From assembly GCA_052327205.1 (NCBI GenBank), contig CM126226.1:28830001-28894000 (forward strand): a stretch of DNA of 64,000 nucleotides, read 5' to 3'. The notes under the pieces were generated by a model. The model was given only the letters and a program-made list of their open reading frames with translations. It did not search any database and had not been told where the DNA came from. Each line of letters starts with the position of its first letter. Position 1 is the stretch's first letter. Origin of the DNA: Somniosus microcephalus (taxonomy: Eukaryota). Positions 37,051 through 49,029 of the stretch are shown piece by piece. A program made the position numbers and the translations under genes.

Positions 37051-38157
37051 GTTTATTATTTGTTGTATGGCGTTGGCTGAAGCATGGGAGTTTCCCTGCA
37101 GTACAGATGAATGTGCTGGAAAATGCAAAACTGGGGCGCTGTGCGAGATTGTGTAATTACAGCTTTATGTAGGCAAGTTTCCATTCTAAATGTATATAAT
37201 GGAATTTATAATTGAAAAGTTGAAACAAGAAATGTGCACAGATGCAAGATTTTCAATATATTACCAGTTGAACTCCATGATGTTGCACATGGTAAGTCAG
37301 AGAATATGGTATTTCCCTTATCTGTCCCTAGTGCCTTCATGTTGCTGTTCCTGTCCATCTGTCAGCCTCTCTCGTTCTCCCCTTAACTTCTTTTTGCTTG
37401 TCTCCCTTTCTTTCAAGTCAGAGGTGGTGATATGTGGGGGAAAGAGCCACCAAAGGTTGCAGGCTGCATTTGAGGTAGAGGTTTTGGGGTAAATGTGGCT
37501 CTCAGTGGCTCCTGTCCAATCCCCATCCCCAATGACTTGTGCTTCTCCTTAACACCATGCTTCCCTTGTGCCCCCTACCCTTACCAATACCCATCACTCC
37601 CCTCACTATCCTTAACCTCTTCCCCTCTGAACAACCTACTCAACCCTTTTATCCTGCTCTGCTCTTTGTCCCAATGTCACTCACCTCACCCTTAACCTCC
37701 CATCCATTCCCCTCAAAGTTGAGTGGCAAAGGCCAGAGGCCTCCCTCGCCCTCTACCTCCCTTCCCATCTATTTTCTATCATTATATTTCCTCTGCCTTC
37801 AAAATTCATTTATTTTTTAAAAAGCTATCAAATTAGAATGAGAAAATAGTTGACCTATCTGCCTTTCTGTCTCTCCTATACTGTTTCAAAACTGTTAGAA
37901 TTTAGAATCTTTGTCCCAGGTGTAAACCATTAGTATTAACCTTTTCTAACTGGCAACAAAAACCCACAGGTGAAGTAATTAGCTAGCTTAAAAATTCATT
38001 TTTTTTTTTTTAAAAGACTGAAGTAAAGTAACATTACATAACGAGAAACACACACTTTCTCCCCCCTCACCTCTCATCCGTTCTCACCCCTCTTCCTGTC
38101 TCAGCCATTTCTTTCTCTCTCCCTTTTCACACACCCTCTCTTTTTAAAAGGAATGCT

Positions 38158-38620
38158 ATCATCTTCCGATTAGGCACTTTGCAGCCTTCCGGACTCAATA
38201 TCGAGTTCAACAATTTCAGATCATAACCTCGGCCCCTATTACATTTTTACTTATATATATTTTTTCCACCCCTTTGTTTTGGGTCTTCCCTTCCCCCCCC
38301 CTTTCCTTTTTTTTCTTTCTCTCTCCCACATGGCAGCTGTCTCTCATCCTGCCAGTACACTTCACACCTAATCTGAGCCGGCTTTTGTCTCCACTGTCCT
38401 ATTACCAGCTCGTCTGGTTTTGAATACTTCTTTACTTCTTTTGTTCTATCGCAGCCCTGCCTTCGATCTATTTCATTTCCTTTCCAGTTTTGAAAAAGGG
38501 TTTTGACCCGAAACGTTGACTCTAATTTCTCTCCATGGATGTTGCCTGGCCTGCTGAGTTTTTCCAGCATTTTCTGTTGTTATTTCGGATTTCCAGCATC
38601 TGCAGTATTTTGCTATCTTA
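38158..38620 (+). mobile_element. Penelope-like retroelement 3' end (GIY-YIG C-terminus, pyrimidine-rich UTR, degenerate hammerhead)
   Basis: 38158-38226 translates to IIFRLGTLQPSGLNIEFNNFRS*. The hammerhead-like 38486-38521 has core TTGAAAA (G8 lost). Confidence 0.85.
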
Positions 38621-41600
38621 CTATGAACTTTACTACTGCTTTGTAATGTGTCCATTCGCTATTCTTCAAATAATTCTGAAAAACTTCTGAGCGGAACTGT
38701 TAGAAACTCTAAAAAATCGATCAGTACAGGTGACTGACAGTACTGATGTATCCTCGGAATCTAGATACACGGCACACGGCTCAAGACTGTACAATTCCAA
38801 TTCAGCTCACAGCGCCACAGCACTGGACCAATATATCAACTGCAAGTCTAGGCTTTGGGAGAGGCCGAGTCCTTCTAGCAAAATATTTATTGAAGGCATT
38901 AGAAGACACAAAAGACAATTCAAGTCATCATATTATTGTGAAATAGGTAAATTTTTTTGTTGATTACACTTTTATTGGACATCATAAATTTCAATTACGG
39001 AGGGGGAAAAATGGCAGTTGAAAAAAATATTTTAGAAAGCATTATGGGAACCTAATGGCCAGACTGCGCAGCCCAGTAGAAAAATTGAGCAAACAGAGTG
39101 ACAAGTTTACATAGGCACTTCCCATTATGCATGTGGACATGGGAATTTATAATGGAAAAGTTAACTCAAAAATTAACAGAAAGTCAAGTGACACATACAA
39201 GTAGTGTATGTAGACATAAGATTGTTTTAAATAATATTGATAAACAAAAGAGGAAATGGCAGGATTTACACACCCCAGTTTGCTATAATATAAAGTCACT
39301 TCAAGTAGCCACAAAGTATTTTTCTTCGGCTAAATAAAGAAAGCAAATAAGGCAATTTCCACAAACTTATAGGACTTTTCAGTAACAATTTCCCTGGGGA
39401 GACATTTTCAGTTCTAACACTTGCGCAACTGAACAGAGCTTCTAAAGATACTGCCAACTTTTGATTCTATCGCAATGTGGACTGTTCTTTCCTATTGTTG
39501 TAGAAGAAAGGAGATTCTAAGTACACTGAAAGATCATTGTCAGGGAGCAAACAAGTAAGGGGGGGCGTGGAATTTGCTATGATGCAAGAAAAAAGTTCAA
39601 AAAATAATTAAAAAACCAAGACAGACAAAAGGAAAGGATGGGGGGGGGGTGGGGGGGGGGGGAGTAAGAGAAATTTAGCAACTTACAGACTTTTATGAAA
39701 GCAAAAATTATGAAAATTAATGAAGCAGGTGCTTATTTATATTACTATTGGCTCACCAACTTTGAATCTGACCAATGCACTTTAAAATTGCTAATACAAT
39801 TAGCACTTCCAGCCCTGTGGAATATAGGTTAATGTGGTCCTGGGAGGCATTGAGTAGAAAGTTAGCAGAGCCCCTCTGCAAATTGTGCAATTACTGTAAA
39901 TGGTTTCTGCAAAGCATTTTTCAGGGGATCAAATTAACTCCACACTAAAGCACTGCATCTACACAATGCACATGAAGTGCATGGTGTAGTGGAAGAGAGC
40001 AAGAATAGACAGGATCCCTTTGACGGCATTGTAAAGATTTCTGTAGATACAAGCAGTTTAACTACCAAGGCTGAGTGGGCCTTTTTTTGCAAAAACGTGG
40101 TAGTGGGTCAAAAACGCAGCAACATACATGAAGATAAAAACAATTCATTGCAATTGCATAACAGTGACTCACTGGTGCTCTTTTCAAGTAATTATCTATG
40201 AGGAGGGTAACAAAGGAAGCTGTCTAATAAAAATACAAACTAATTAATGGAATTAAACATAATTAGTTCTACAGAAATGTACCAGTATCTTTTACATCGT
40301 TTGATAAAAGTCACCAAAAGCCACAACGACGACCTTAAACTGTATAAATTATATTCATTAAGTGCATAACATTTTATACTCGAAAATCTTTTGAGCCAAA
40401 TGTAATGAAAATCCAAGAGAAATTCTCAAATTCAAAAATAACATGCAAGGTTTTTCTAAATTACAACATGCACAGCTGTTAGAAATCCCTCATAAAGGCA
40501 TTTAATCTCTGAAGTCATTTCCAGAGAGCTCAGCCACTCTCCCCCACGTCTGCTCCACTTTATTTGGGCAGCAGTAACATCTGCAAGTTAATTGACAGGC
40601 ACTTCACAGTCCACTGGCTGAGAATGTAACCCCTCCTCCCCCTGGGTTAACCGCAGACTCCTGCCAGTCACATGCCGCCTCCCCTCTATCCTCCACCTCC
40701 CTCCCACCCCCCCCCCCGGACTCAATCAGAGAAGGAAGTGAAGCTCGTATTACTACTGTGACATGGCCAGCTGCCAAGTCAAACTGGATATTTCCAGTTC
40801 AAACTAGCTCCGAGAAGCCAAACAAGCAGTTCTTGCTTTTGCTATATTCAGATGCAAGCTTTTCAACTCGTACAGCATGGAACAGTTTGCCAAAATAAGC
40901 CTGCTTAAGATGGTATCCAGTTACACAACGTTACTATTCTGTTCCTCAATTGGTGGTATTCCCTTTTCACTCACAAACTTCAGAATAAAAATCAAAAATA
41001 TTACAGCATTCTGTGTTCCAGTCCACTTCACCGGAGTGCAGCTCTTCACACCGACACAGACTAATTGTTTTGCAGAAATCAATCGCTTCCCTTTGTAGGT
41101 CACAAAGTCAACTCTACTTCGACACTTTTTTTTTAGAATATTCATTCATAAACATTAAAAAAACAATTTTGGTTCAATCAAAACTACAATCTCAGCATGT
41201 CGATGAATATGGAGGAAAAATAAAACTACGCTGAAGCTATTTTGTGCCAGCTGCAACAACCTTATTTTGCACACAATTCATGTGACACAACAGCCTCAGA
41301 CAATGATCCACATGGGCTTTTATGTGCAATGTTTACCATGTTTAACTAAATCTCCAGGCATTTAAGCATATTTATTCTGAAAGCCAGATGGGTTCTCTTT
41401 ATTATGCAGTACACATTTAGTGACATAATAAAACTAGTATGGATTCAGATATATTCTGCTAAAAGGGGCAAAGCACTTTATGCTCTGATCATGTTACCCA
41501 CATTTGTGCGGTTGAATTCATAGCTGGCTTTATTGGACATTTCAATCTGCCAACCACACGAGCTGGGTGAGTGCGCAGCCAGGGAATCAAGTGAGGCTGA

Positions 41601-42889
41601 GCTGACCAATCTGCACCATGCAATCTCAATCTCGGGTTCTCCCAAAACATTTTCAGTCAAAACATCAGTCAAAAAGCTTTCTAATGATAAAATCTTCTTG
41701 AAATAAATGTCATAAGATATAATCAGCTTTGATTTCTAAGGGTTAAATGATTACTAAACCATCTCCATGTGCTTCGCAATCTTGGCAGTTGCTGTAATCT
41801 TGTTTATTTTTGTCAGAATCCTATAGTTTTAAATACAGAAATTAAGTTAGAAGCACACAAAAACTGTGCCTTACATATTCCCTGGGAGAACTCCAAAACT
41901 GATAGGTGCAATAAATTATCAAATTTAATTTCTGTAGACGGTTTTGGAATATTGAATATTTTTGTACTCTTAAATCTGATACAAATTTGCACGCATATAA
42001 TGTTTTAATCCAGAAAATAGTTTATTTGCAATTCTCTGCGGTGTCCTTTTATACAGGTAAAGAACTCATTAATATCATTAAGGACATCAACCATAATGGA
42101 ACTTCATTCCACAGCTATTTGGGCAATTGACCAGTTTGGATGGATGCCTTTAAGATATACAGCTCATCATCATGTACAATAGAAGCATAATTATCTCATT
42201 CCTTTTTCCTGCTCCGTGCTTTATATCCACATTATGTAACATGTCTTCCAAATGTTTATGGCGGGAAAATTTTAAACAGTTTAGAATTCAAAACAAACAG
42301 GAAACCCATATTGCCAATGCAAGCCTTTAAAAACAGAGGAATTTCACAGGAGTTGGGGGGGGGGGGGGCACACACAGTGAATAGAACCAGACTCTCCATC
42401 ATCATGAGAACAAGTTTGCTCAGAGATAAAAGGTCAGATTACTCACATATTTCATAGAATACTGATTTATGCTGTAGGTTTCTACACGTCTGCATTTCAA
42501 TTTCATTAGTTACAGTACAATTTCACTACCCAACTCTTGAGGGCACACGGAGTATGATCACCTGAGCACTAAAGTTACTCATTTTTTGATATTTAATTGA
42601 GAAAGTGCCAGATGAAAAAGATACAGAAGGAAAGGGAGAAGGACTAAATAAGGAGAGATAATTACCGCAATGTATTATTAGCTGTTAAGGTTTTAAGTCC
42701 ACTTTGCTGAAAAACTGGTACAATTTCCAGGTACAAAATCTGTGGTATCAAAGAAATGTTGCTACAGAAGACTAATCAACTCATTGTTAGCTCCAATGGT
42801 ACAGCCATCTATAATCCTTCCATCTCCCTTCTTTACCCTCATATCCTTTGATAGCTTTCTTCTACAAGTGCAAATTTAAGTCGTTGTTA

Positions 42890-43150
42890 GAAGTACTGGA
42901 GGAGTACTGCATTGATCGAGATGCCATCGGACAGATGAAGCATTAAATCGAGGCCCTAGCTACCTGTTGAGGTAGATGTAAAAGATCGCATGGCATTATT
43001 CGAAGAGCAGGGGAGTTCTCCAGGTGTTCTGGCCAACATTTATCCCTCAACCAACACCACCAAAACTAATGAATTGGTCTTTGATCGCATTGATGTTTGG
43101 GGGACCCTGTTGTGTGCAAACTGGCTGCCACGTTAGCCTACAGGAATGAG
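42890..43150 (+). mobile_element. Degraded DeuSINE core
   Basis: GATGTAAAAGATCGCATGGCATTATTCGAAGAGCAGGGGAGTTCTC..TTTATCCCTCAA. Confidence 0.8.
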
Positions 43151-43608
43151 AGAAGGACAGCACGGTGGCATAGTGGTTAGCACTGTTGCCTCACAGCGCC
43201 AGGGACCCGGGTTCGAATCCGGCCTCGGGTGACTGTCTGTGTGGAGTTTGCACATTCTCCCCGTGTTTGCGTGGGTTTCCTCCGGGTGCTCCGGTTTCCT
43301 CCCACAGTCCAAAGATGTGCGGGTTAGGTTGATTTGGCTATGATAAAATTGACCCTTAGTGTTAGGGGGATTAAATATGTGGGGTTACGGGGATCGGGTG
43401 GGATATGTGTCGGTGCAGGCTCGATGGGCCGAAATGGCCTCTATCTGCACTGTGGGGTTTCTGTGATTCTGTGTTCTGGCCAACATTTATCCCTCAACCA
43501 ACACCACCAAAACTAATGAATTGGTCTTTGATCGCATTGATGTTTGGGGGACCCTGTTGTGTGCAAACTGGCTGCCACGTTAGCCTACAGGAATGAGAGA
43601 AGGACAGC
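43024..43608. repeat. Perfect 138-bp direct repeat flanking the V-SINE (43024-43161 = 43471-43608)
   Basis: Base-by-base comparison showed no differences. Confidence 0.93.
43162..43470 (+). mobile_element. Full-length V-SINE (HE1-like)
   Basis: A-box GGTGGCATAGTGG, B-box GGTTCGAATCC, V-core, and tail GGGCCGAAATGGCCTC...TTCTGTGATTCT. Confidence 0.92.
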
Positions 43609-45314
43609 CAACCTATTGAATAAGGAAAGCATTTAGGGGCCTGGTGGTCTTTTATCGTCCTTATTTTTCCATGACTCCAATATCCCTAAAACCACATAAA
43701 TATACATTAAATAAGCCATATTCCCAGTCTACAAATGAAAGATAATTGAAAATGGATACTGTAGACACACTGCACTAGGAAGTTTCTCAAAGGATTGTAA
43801 CTATTAGCTATGCATGGAGCACAAGTCAGTAAACACATACGCATTTAAGCTGCATTTATATTGTTGCTATAATTCAGATTCTGGGAGGGTGGTAGCCAGG
43901 AGCTGGCTCCCAGTATATATGCTGTGAAATAATTGTCCATCGCCCAGTGGAGGCCCAAAATTTGAATTACAATAAAAGCAATATACAGGCTGCTTTAGCT
44001 AACAAATAAATATTACATAAGATGAAGTCTTGCCAAACCACCTTGCTCTCCCAACCTTTAAAAAAGCCAAAATATGCTTTCCCTATGAGCTATTAAGAAA
44101 CCTGCTCTGTGACCTTTACTGCCAAGTAAATTCAGACTTTCAATTCCCCTTTCTAGTCATTAGCTGTTGATCCTATTCATATGCACCTGCTATATTCAGT
44201 CAATGACTCCGCAGCTCTGACTCAGACATGCTTTAAAAAAGGGGGATACATTCATATTTACAGCAACAGTTTCTACCAAAGCTTTAGTTAATAATTAACC
44301 ACCAAAAATCACTTTCTGCACACTAACAATCAGTTTATATTATTGAACACCGGTCAATAATCAAAGGACAATTGTTAAAAAAAAATACTGCAATAAAACT
44401 AAAACTTAGGAATTTACAGTTTTAATAACAATCTTCCTTCAATATGCAAATTGTGCCAGGGGACCACAGTATAGCCAAGAAAGTATGTTCAAGAAAGGAG
44501 AGATAGATAAACCGAGTAACTATAGATTAGTTACTCTCAGCTGCAGGCAAATTCTTAGAATCCATAACTCAAGATAAAATTAGTGAGTGTTTAGAAATAC
44601 AAAGGTTAATCAAGGACAGTTAGCACAGATATGTTAAAGGCATGTTATGTTTGACAAATTTAATTTTTTTTGAAGAGGTGACTGACTAGATAAACAGAAC
44701 GCAATACATATAATGTACATAGATTTTCAGAAGGCATTTGATAAGGTGTCATACGGGAGGTTTGTTACAAAATTTCAGGTGTATGGTATAACAAGAAAAA
44801 TAGTGCACAGAAAATTTGTTGATGGACAGGAAACAAAGGGTATGGAGTAAAAGGTGCGTTGCTCAGATTGGAGATGGGTTGGAACATGATATTGAAATTT
44901 ACAGATGACACAAAAGTAGGGAGTTTGGCAAACAGCAAGAAAGACTGTAAAACACTTCAGGAAGACAAATAGGTTAGTGGAATAGGCAGACAGGTGCAAT
45001 TTAACGTAGGGAAGTGGGAGGTAATATATTTTGGGAGGAAAAACAAGTAATGGGAGTATACACTCACTGGATGAACAGGTGCACTTCCAGGTTCAAACAA
45101 ATCATTCCATGAAAGTACGAGTATGCAGGTAGATAAAGCCGTATAAAAGGCCAATATCATTTTGGGTTTTATGAACATGGGCAGAGCACAAGAGTTTCAC
45201 GGTGATGATAAATTTGCACAAGGCAATGGTTAGGTCATAGTTAGAAGCACTGCGCATCTTTGGGCACCCCATTACAGAAGAAAGGATATTAAAGCCATTG
45301 AGAGTGTGCAGCAT

Positions 45315-46522
45315 ATATTCACCACTCCCTCCACCACCGGCGCACCATGGCTGCAGTGTGTACCATCTACAAGATGCACTGCAGCAACTCGCCAAGGCTT
45401 CAGCAGCACCTTCCAAACCCACGACAAGGACAAGGGCAGCAGGTGCATGGGAACACCACCACCTCCAAGTCACACACCACCCTGACTTGGAAGTATATCG
45501 CCGTTCCTTCATCGTCGCTGGGTCAAAATCTTGGAACTCCCTACCGAACAGCACTGTGGGAGTACCTTCACCACACTGACTGCAGCGGTTCAAGAAGGTG
45601 GCGGACCACCCCCTTCTCAAGGGCAACAGGGAGGAGGTCCGGCATCTCGTGAAGCGGTGCGCCGATAACAACCTGGCCCTTAACATCAAGAAAACCAAAG
45701 AAATCATTGTGGACTTCAGGAAGTCAAAAGGCGGAAGTCACACCCCCATCCACATCAATGGGGCTGTGGTGGAAAGGGTGGACAGCTTTAAGTTCCTCGG
45801 AGTCCACATCACGGAAGACCTCTCCTGGTCCCTCAACACCTCCTCTCTGGTGAAGAAGGCCCAGCAGCGCCTATATTTCCTAAGGAGGCTGAAGGGATGT
45901 AACCTGTCACCCCTGATCCTCTCTAACTTTTACCGCTGCACTATAGAGAGCATCCTGACAAACTGTATCACAGTATGGTATGGCAGCTGTAGCTCCTATG
46001 ACCGGAAAGCCCTGCAGCGGGTAGTCAAAACTGCCCAACGCATTACCGGCACCCGGCTACCGACCATAGAGCACATATACCAGAAACGCTGTCTACGGAG
46101 GTCACGGTCCATCATCAAAGACCCTACCCACCCCAGCCACAGTCTGTTCGCCCTCCTGCCATCTGGGAGACGCTACAGATGCATTCGCACCCGTACGACC
46201 AGATTTAGGAACAGCTTCTTTCCCAGGGCTGTCATCCTACTGAACTCCACAAATAAACTCTAAAGCCTGCACATCTGCCAATGCACTTTATTATGGTTAT
46301 GTTTATGTTAATATACTATAAGCCAAATGTATGCTAAATGTTTAAATGTCTTAATCCAAATGTACACTCTCGGGAGCCGCAAGCCTACATTTCGTTGTAC
46401 TGCACTTGTGCACTAACAATGACAATAAAAGTGATTTGATTTTGATTTGATTTGATTTGGGATGGGTAATAAATGTTGGCCTTGCCAGCGATGCCCTCAT
46501 CCCATGAACAAATAAAAAAAAG
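45315..46522 (+). mobile_element. 3' fragment of the CR1-group LINE family, split by a Rex1-like insertion
   Basis: HYHLQVTHH-like / RRSFIVAGSKSWNSLP. The host breaks at CAAGGGCAAC and resumes at GGGATGGGTAATAAATG (46459). Confidence 0.88.
45628..46458 (+). mobile_element. Rex1/Babar-like LINE, 5'-truncated, with uninterrupted ORF C-terminus
   Basis: NNLALNIKKTKEIIVDFRK...FKFLGVHITEDLSW...KKAQQRLYFLRRL...RFRNSFFP, then AATAAA and a (GATTT)n tail. Confidence 0.85.
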
Positions 46523-48416
46523 AATGATGCGAGGTAATGGAAACTATAGTTATTAGGAGAGACTCAAGAAACTGGAACTATTTCTGATGGAGCAGAGAAT
46601 GCAAAGAGGAAATTTAATAAAGGGTTTTAAAATTATGAACGGTTTTGATAGGATCAAAGAATTTGCAGCTTTGAAACTCAAAACATAGAACACAAAACCT
46701 TGTTTGTTATATCTCCAATTCTATTTAAAAAGCTTGGCCACATGCAAGCAACTTTTAATCCATATCTGTACCTCAACTACAATCTCTGGACCATTCCTGA
46801 ATTGCAATAAATTTTACATTTGGATTGTTGGGCTAAAGTAATGAGTTGTAGAGTGTCATGATATCTTATAATTGGAATAAATAATGTAATCTGTTCACTT
46901 TGTAACTGAATTATGCCCAACAATCTATTTCACAATACACACATTCACGATTGATCAACGTTTTCCCTTATTTTACACAGACTGGAATAATTAAAGTGCT
47001 TGAAGCACTTAGACTGCTTACTTTTTTGATGGTCACTATTCTTGAATGGTTTTCCACAGTAGCATATGTACAAACACAATTCAGAAGACCTCACGTTAAT
47101 GAAACAGAACATGAATGTTGATTGATACTGCACCTACAAAAACACTAATCCATACAAAATATACTTTTACATCCTCAAAGGACATTTTTTGCAACTATAT
47201 TAGATAATAAATTTACAATACATTTTTCTAAATTTGTTAAACTTCTCACAATTTTTGCAACAATTTCTAATTGATTCCTCTTTGGGTACAACTCCACATA
47301 CAATGGTTGGTATCCAGTACCTCACCCAAGTGGGCAAGTCTCAACAACAAATGTCAGACTATTTTATCATGGAGAGCATCACAGCCAAGCTCAAACTTGT
47401 GCTCAGCCACTATCCACATGTCCTCTCTTCTTCTTCTCTTGTACACTTACAGCAAAGGTCATGGGGAGTACATAAACCATCCTGGCAAAGATCAGCTAAT
47501 TCATCACAGACCAGAAATTAAACCTGGGGTCTTCCAGATCTGGATGGCTTATTGACTCACCATCTTAACCAGCTGCATCATCGAAGGAGCCACAGAATCT
47601 ATTGTTCCGAATTTAAATAAATCTAACAATGGGATCCAACACCAGTAAAACATAAAAATACAAAACTACTTTACCCGCTCAGTCACTGGGTTTGAAGATT
47701 AAATCCAAGTCATTAAATAGTTTAGGTCTATTTACATTTTTAAATGATTTATTGCTGTATTGGGTGAACATCTATGACTTAATTAACTGACATCATATAA
47801 CTGCTCTTACATTGGCCAATCTAACAGCAGGTACAATGACTCCCACAACACCTGCCTAAACAATAGCCAAGAGGAAATAAAGCCCACAGGCAGCACCGAC
47901 ATTACTTGCCAATTCCTCATTCTGTGTGCTCAGTAATCAACCATGCCAATCTTCCAAAATCTGGTTCCACTGATTAACTTCCCAACACCAAATCCTGCTT
48001 TATACTAATATACTTGAACAGAGGCTGCACATATCAACAGTACTGATTCAAATTGAATGCACATATTACAAATGTACCCTTATAGCATGAATAATATTGA
48101 ATGGGACTTGCTCTTGAGCACTAATATACTGTAGTACTCAAAAAAATATTGAGGATTAGAATTCACCTAATTTATATAGGCCATGCTCAAATATCCTTTA
48201 GCTCAGAGTTGGTTTAAACCTCTATCTAGGGAAAGTCGGGATACAGAATATTCCCATTGTTCATTGGCTTCTGAAATTGGAAACTGTGGATGCCGTACAA
48301 AGGTCAACTATACACCAATACAAAAGCAAAATACTGCGGATGCTGGAAATCTGAAATAAAAACAAAATGCTGGAAATACTCAGCAGGTCAGGCAGCATCT
48401 GTGGAGAAAGAAACAG

Positions 48417-48452
48417 AGTTAACATTTCAGGTCGATGAACTTTCGTCAGAAC
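48417..48452 (-). ncRNA. Minimal hammerhead motif, mirror copy (sense to SPEN pre-mRNA), slightly degenerate
   Basis: Minus strand GTT-CTGACGA-A-AGTTC(ATC)GACCT-GAAAT-GTT-AACT; one stem II mismatch and a changed stem III base. Confidence 0.55.
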
Positions 48453-48489
48453 AGTTCTGACGAAAGGTCATCGATCTGAAACGTTAACT
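48453..48489 (+). ncRNA. Minimal type I hammerhead ribozyme motif
   Basis: AGTT-CTGACGA-A-AGGTC(ATC)GATCT-GAAAC-GTT-AACT. Confidence 0.72.
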
Positions 48490-49029
48490 CTGTTTCTCTC
48501 TCCACAGATGCTGCCTGACCTGACAGCTACACACTGCAGTGTAATGAGGGCTATACATGGCTACCTCATTAGCGCGGCTCTATTTGTTTAAAAGGGAACG
48601 TTTGTTCTACTTTCTATGGAGTTCGGCTATGCATATGCAAGGCCTTCTGGCCTCTGTACTTTACAGCACAAGAATGTTCTCCTTGAATGTACCAATTTCT
48701 TTGTGAGCCAATAAAAAGCCACTCAAAATTGTGTCAGATTCTTGTAACAGTTAAGAATATTTAGTTTCACGAAACAATGAAATATCTAGAGTTGCTGACA
48801 AAAGCAAGAGGAAAACGGAGTATAGCAACTTATGAATATTTTGCATGGGGACGGGGGAGGGACTGGGCTTGAATGCTGTTGCTAGAACATGACAAAACAT
48901 CAGAAATTATTTTGACAGAGTAAGTGAGGCAAGGTGTCCAATTTTTACTGAATGCACGGGTAACGGGATATTTCAACATCTAAATTTTTCAGGCTTTATT
49001 TAATTAATTAACCAACCAATAGTTTCTGT

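Larger units (their letters stand above)
44450..46655 (+). mobile_element. Old CR1 ORF2 fragment (~44450-45314 and ~46523-46655) with nested LINEs
   Basis: Decayed IDFQKAFDKVS and FTDDTKVG motifs; resumes after the insertion with GDLI.VFKIM-like sequence. Confidence 0.75.
48320..48522. mobile_element. Palindromic Penelope-derived element
   Basis: Arms 48384-48452 and 48454-48522 pair around A48453 with about 4 mismatches; sequence related to the terminus at ~38500-38610. Confidence 0.88.

Noticed and set aside
38486-38521. Active hammerhead ribozyme
   Set aside because: The core reads TTGAAAA, so the catalytic G8 is lost.
43162-43225. tRNA-like A/B boxes (also at 59783, 61016, 63788)
   Set aside because: They are SINE heads continuing into core and tail sequence, not tRNA genes.
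45598-46263. 221-aa ORF as a host gene
   Set aside because: It is a chimera of a LINE tail and the C-terminus of a Rex1-like ORF.
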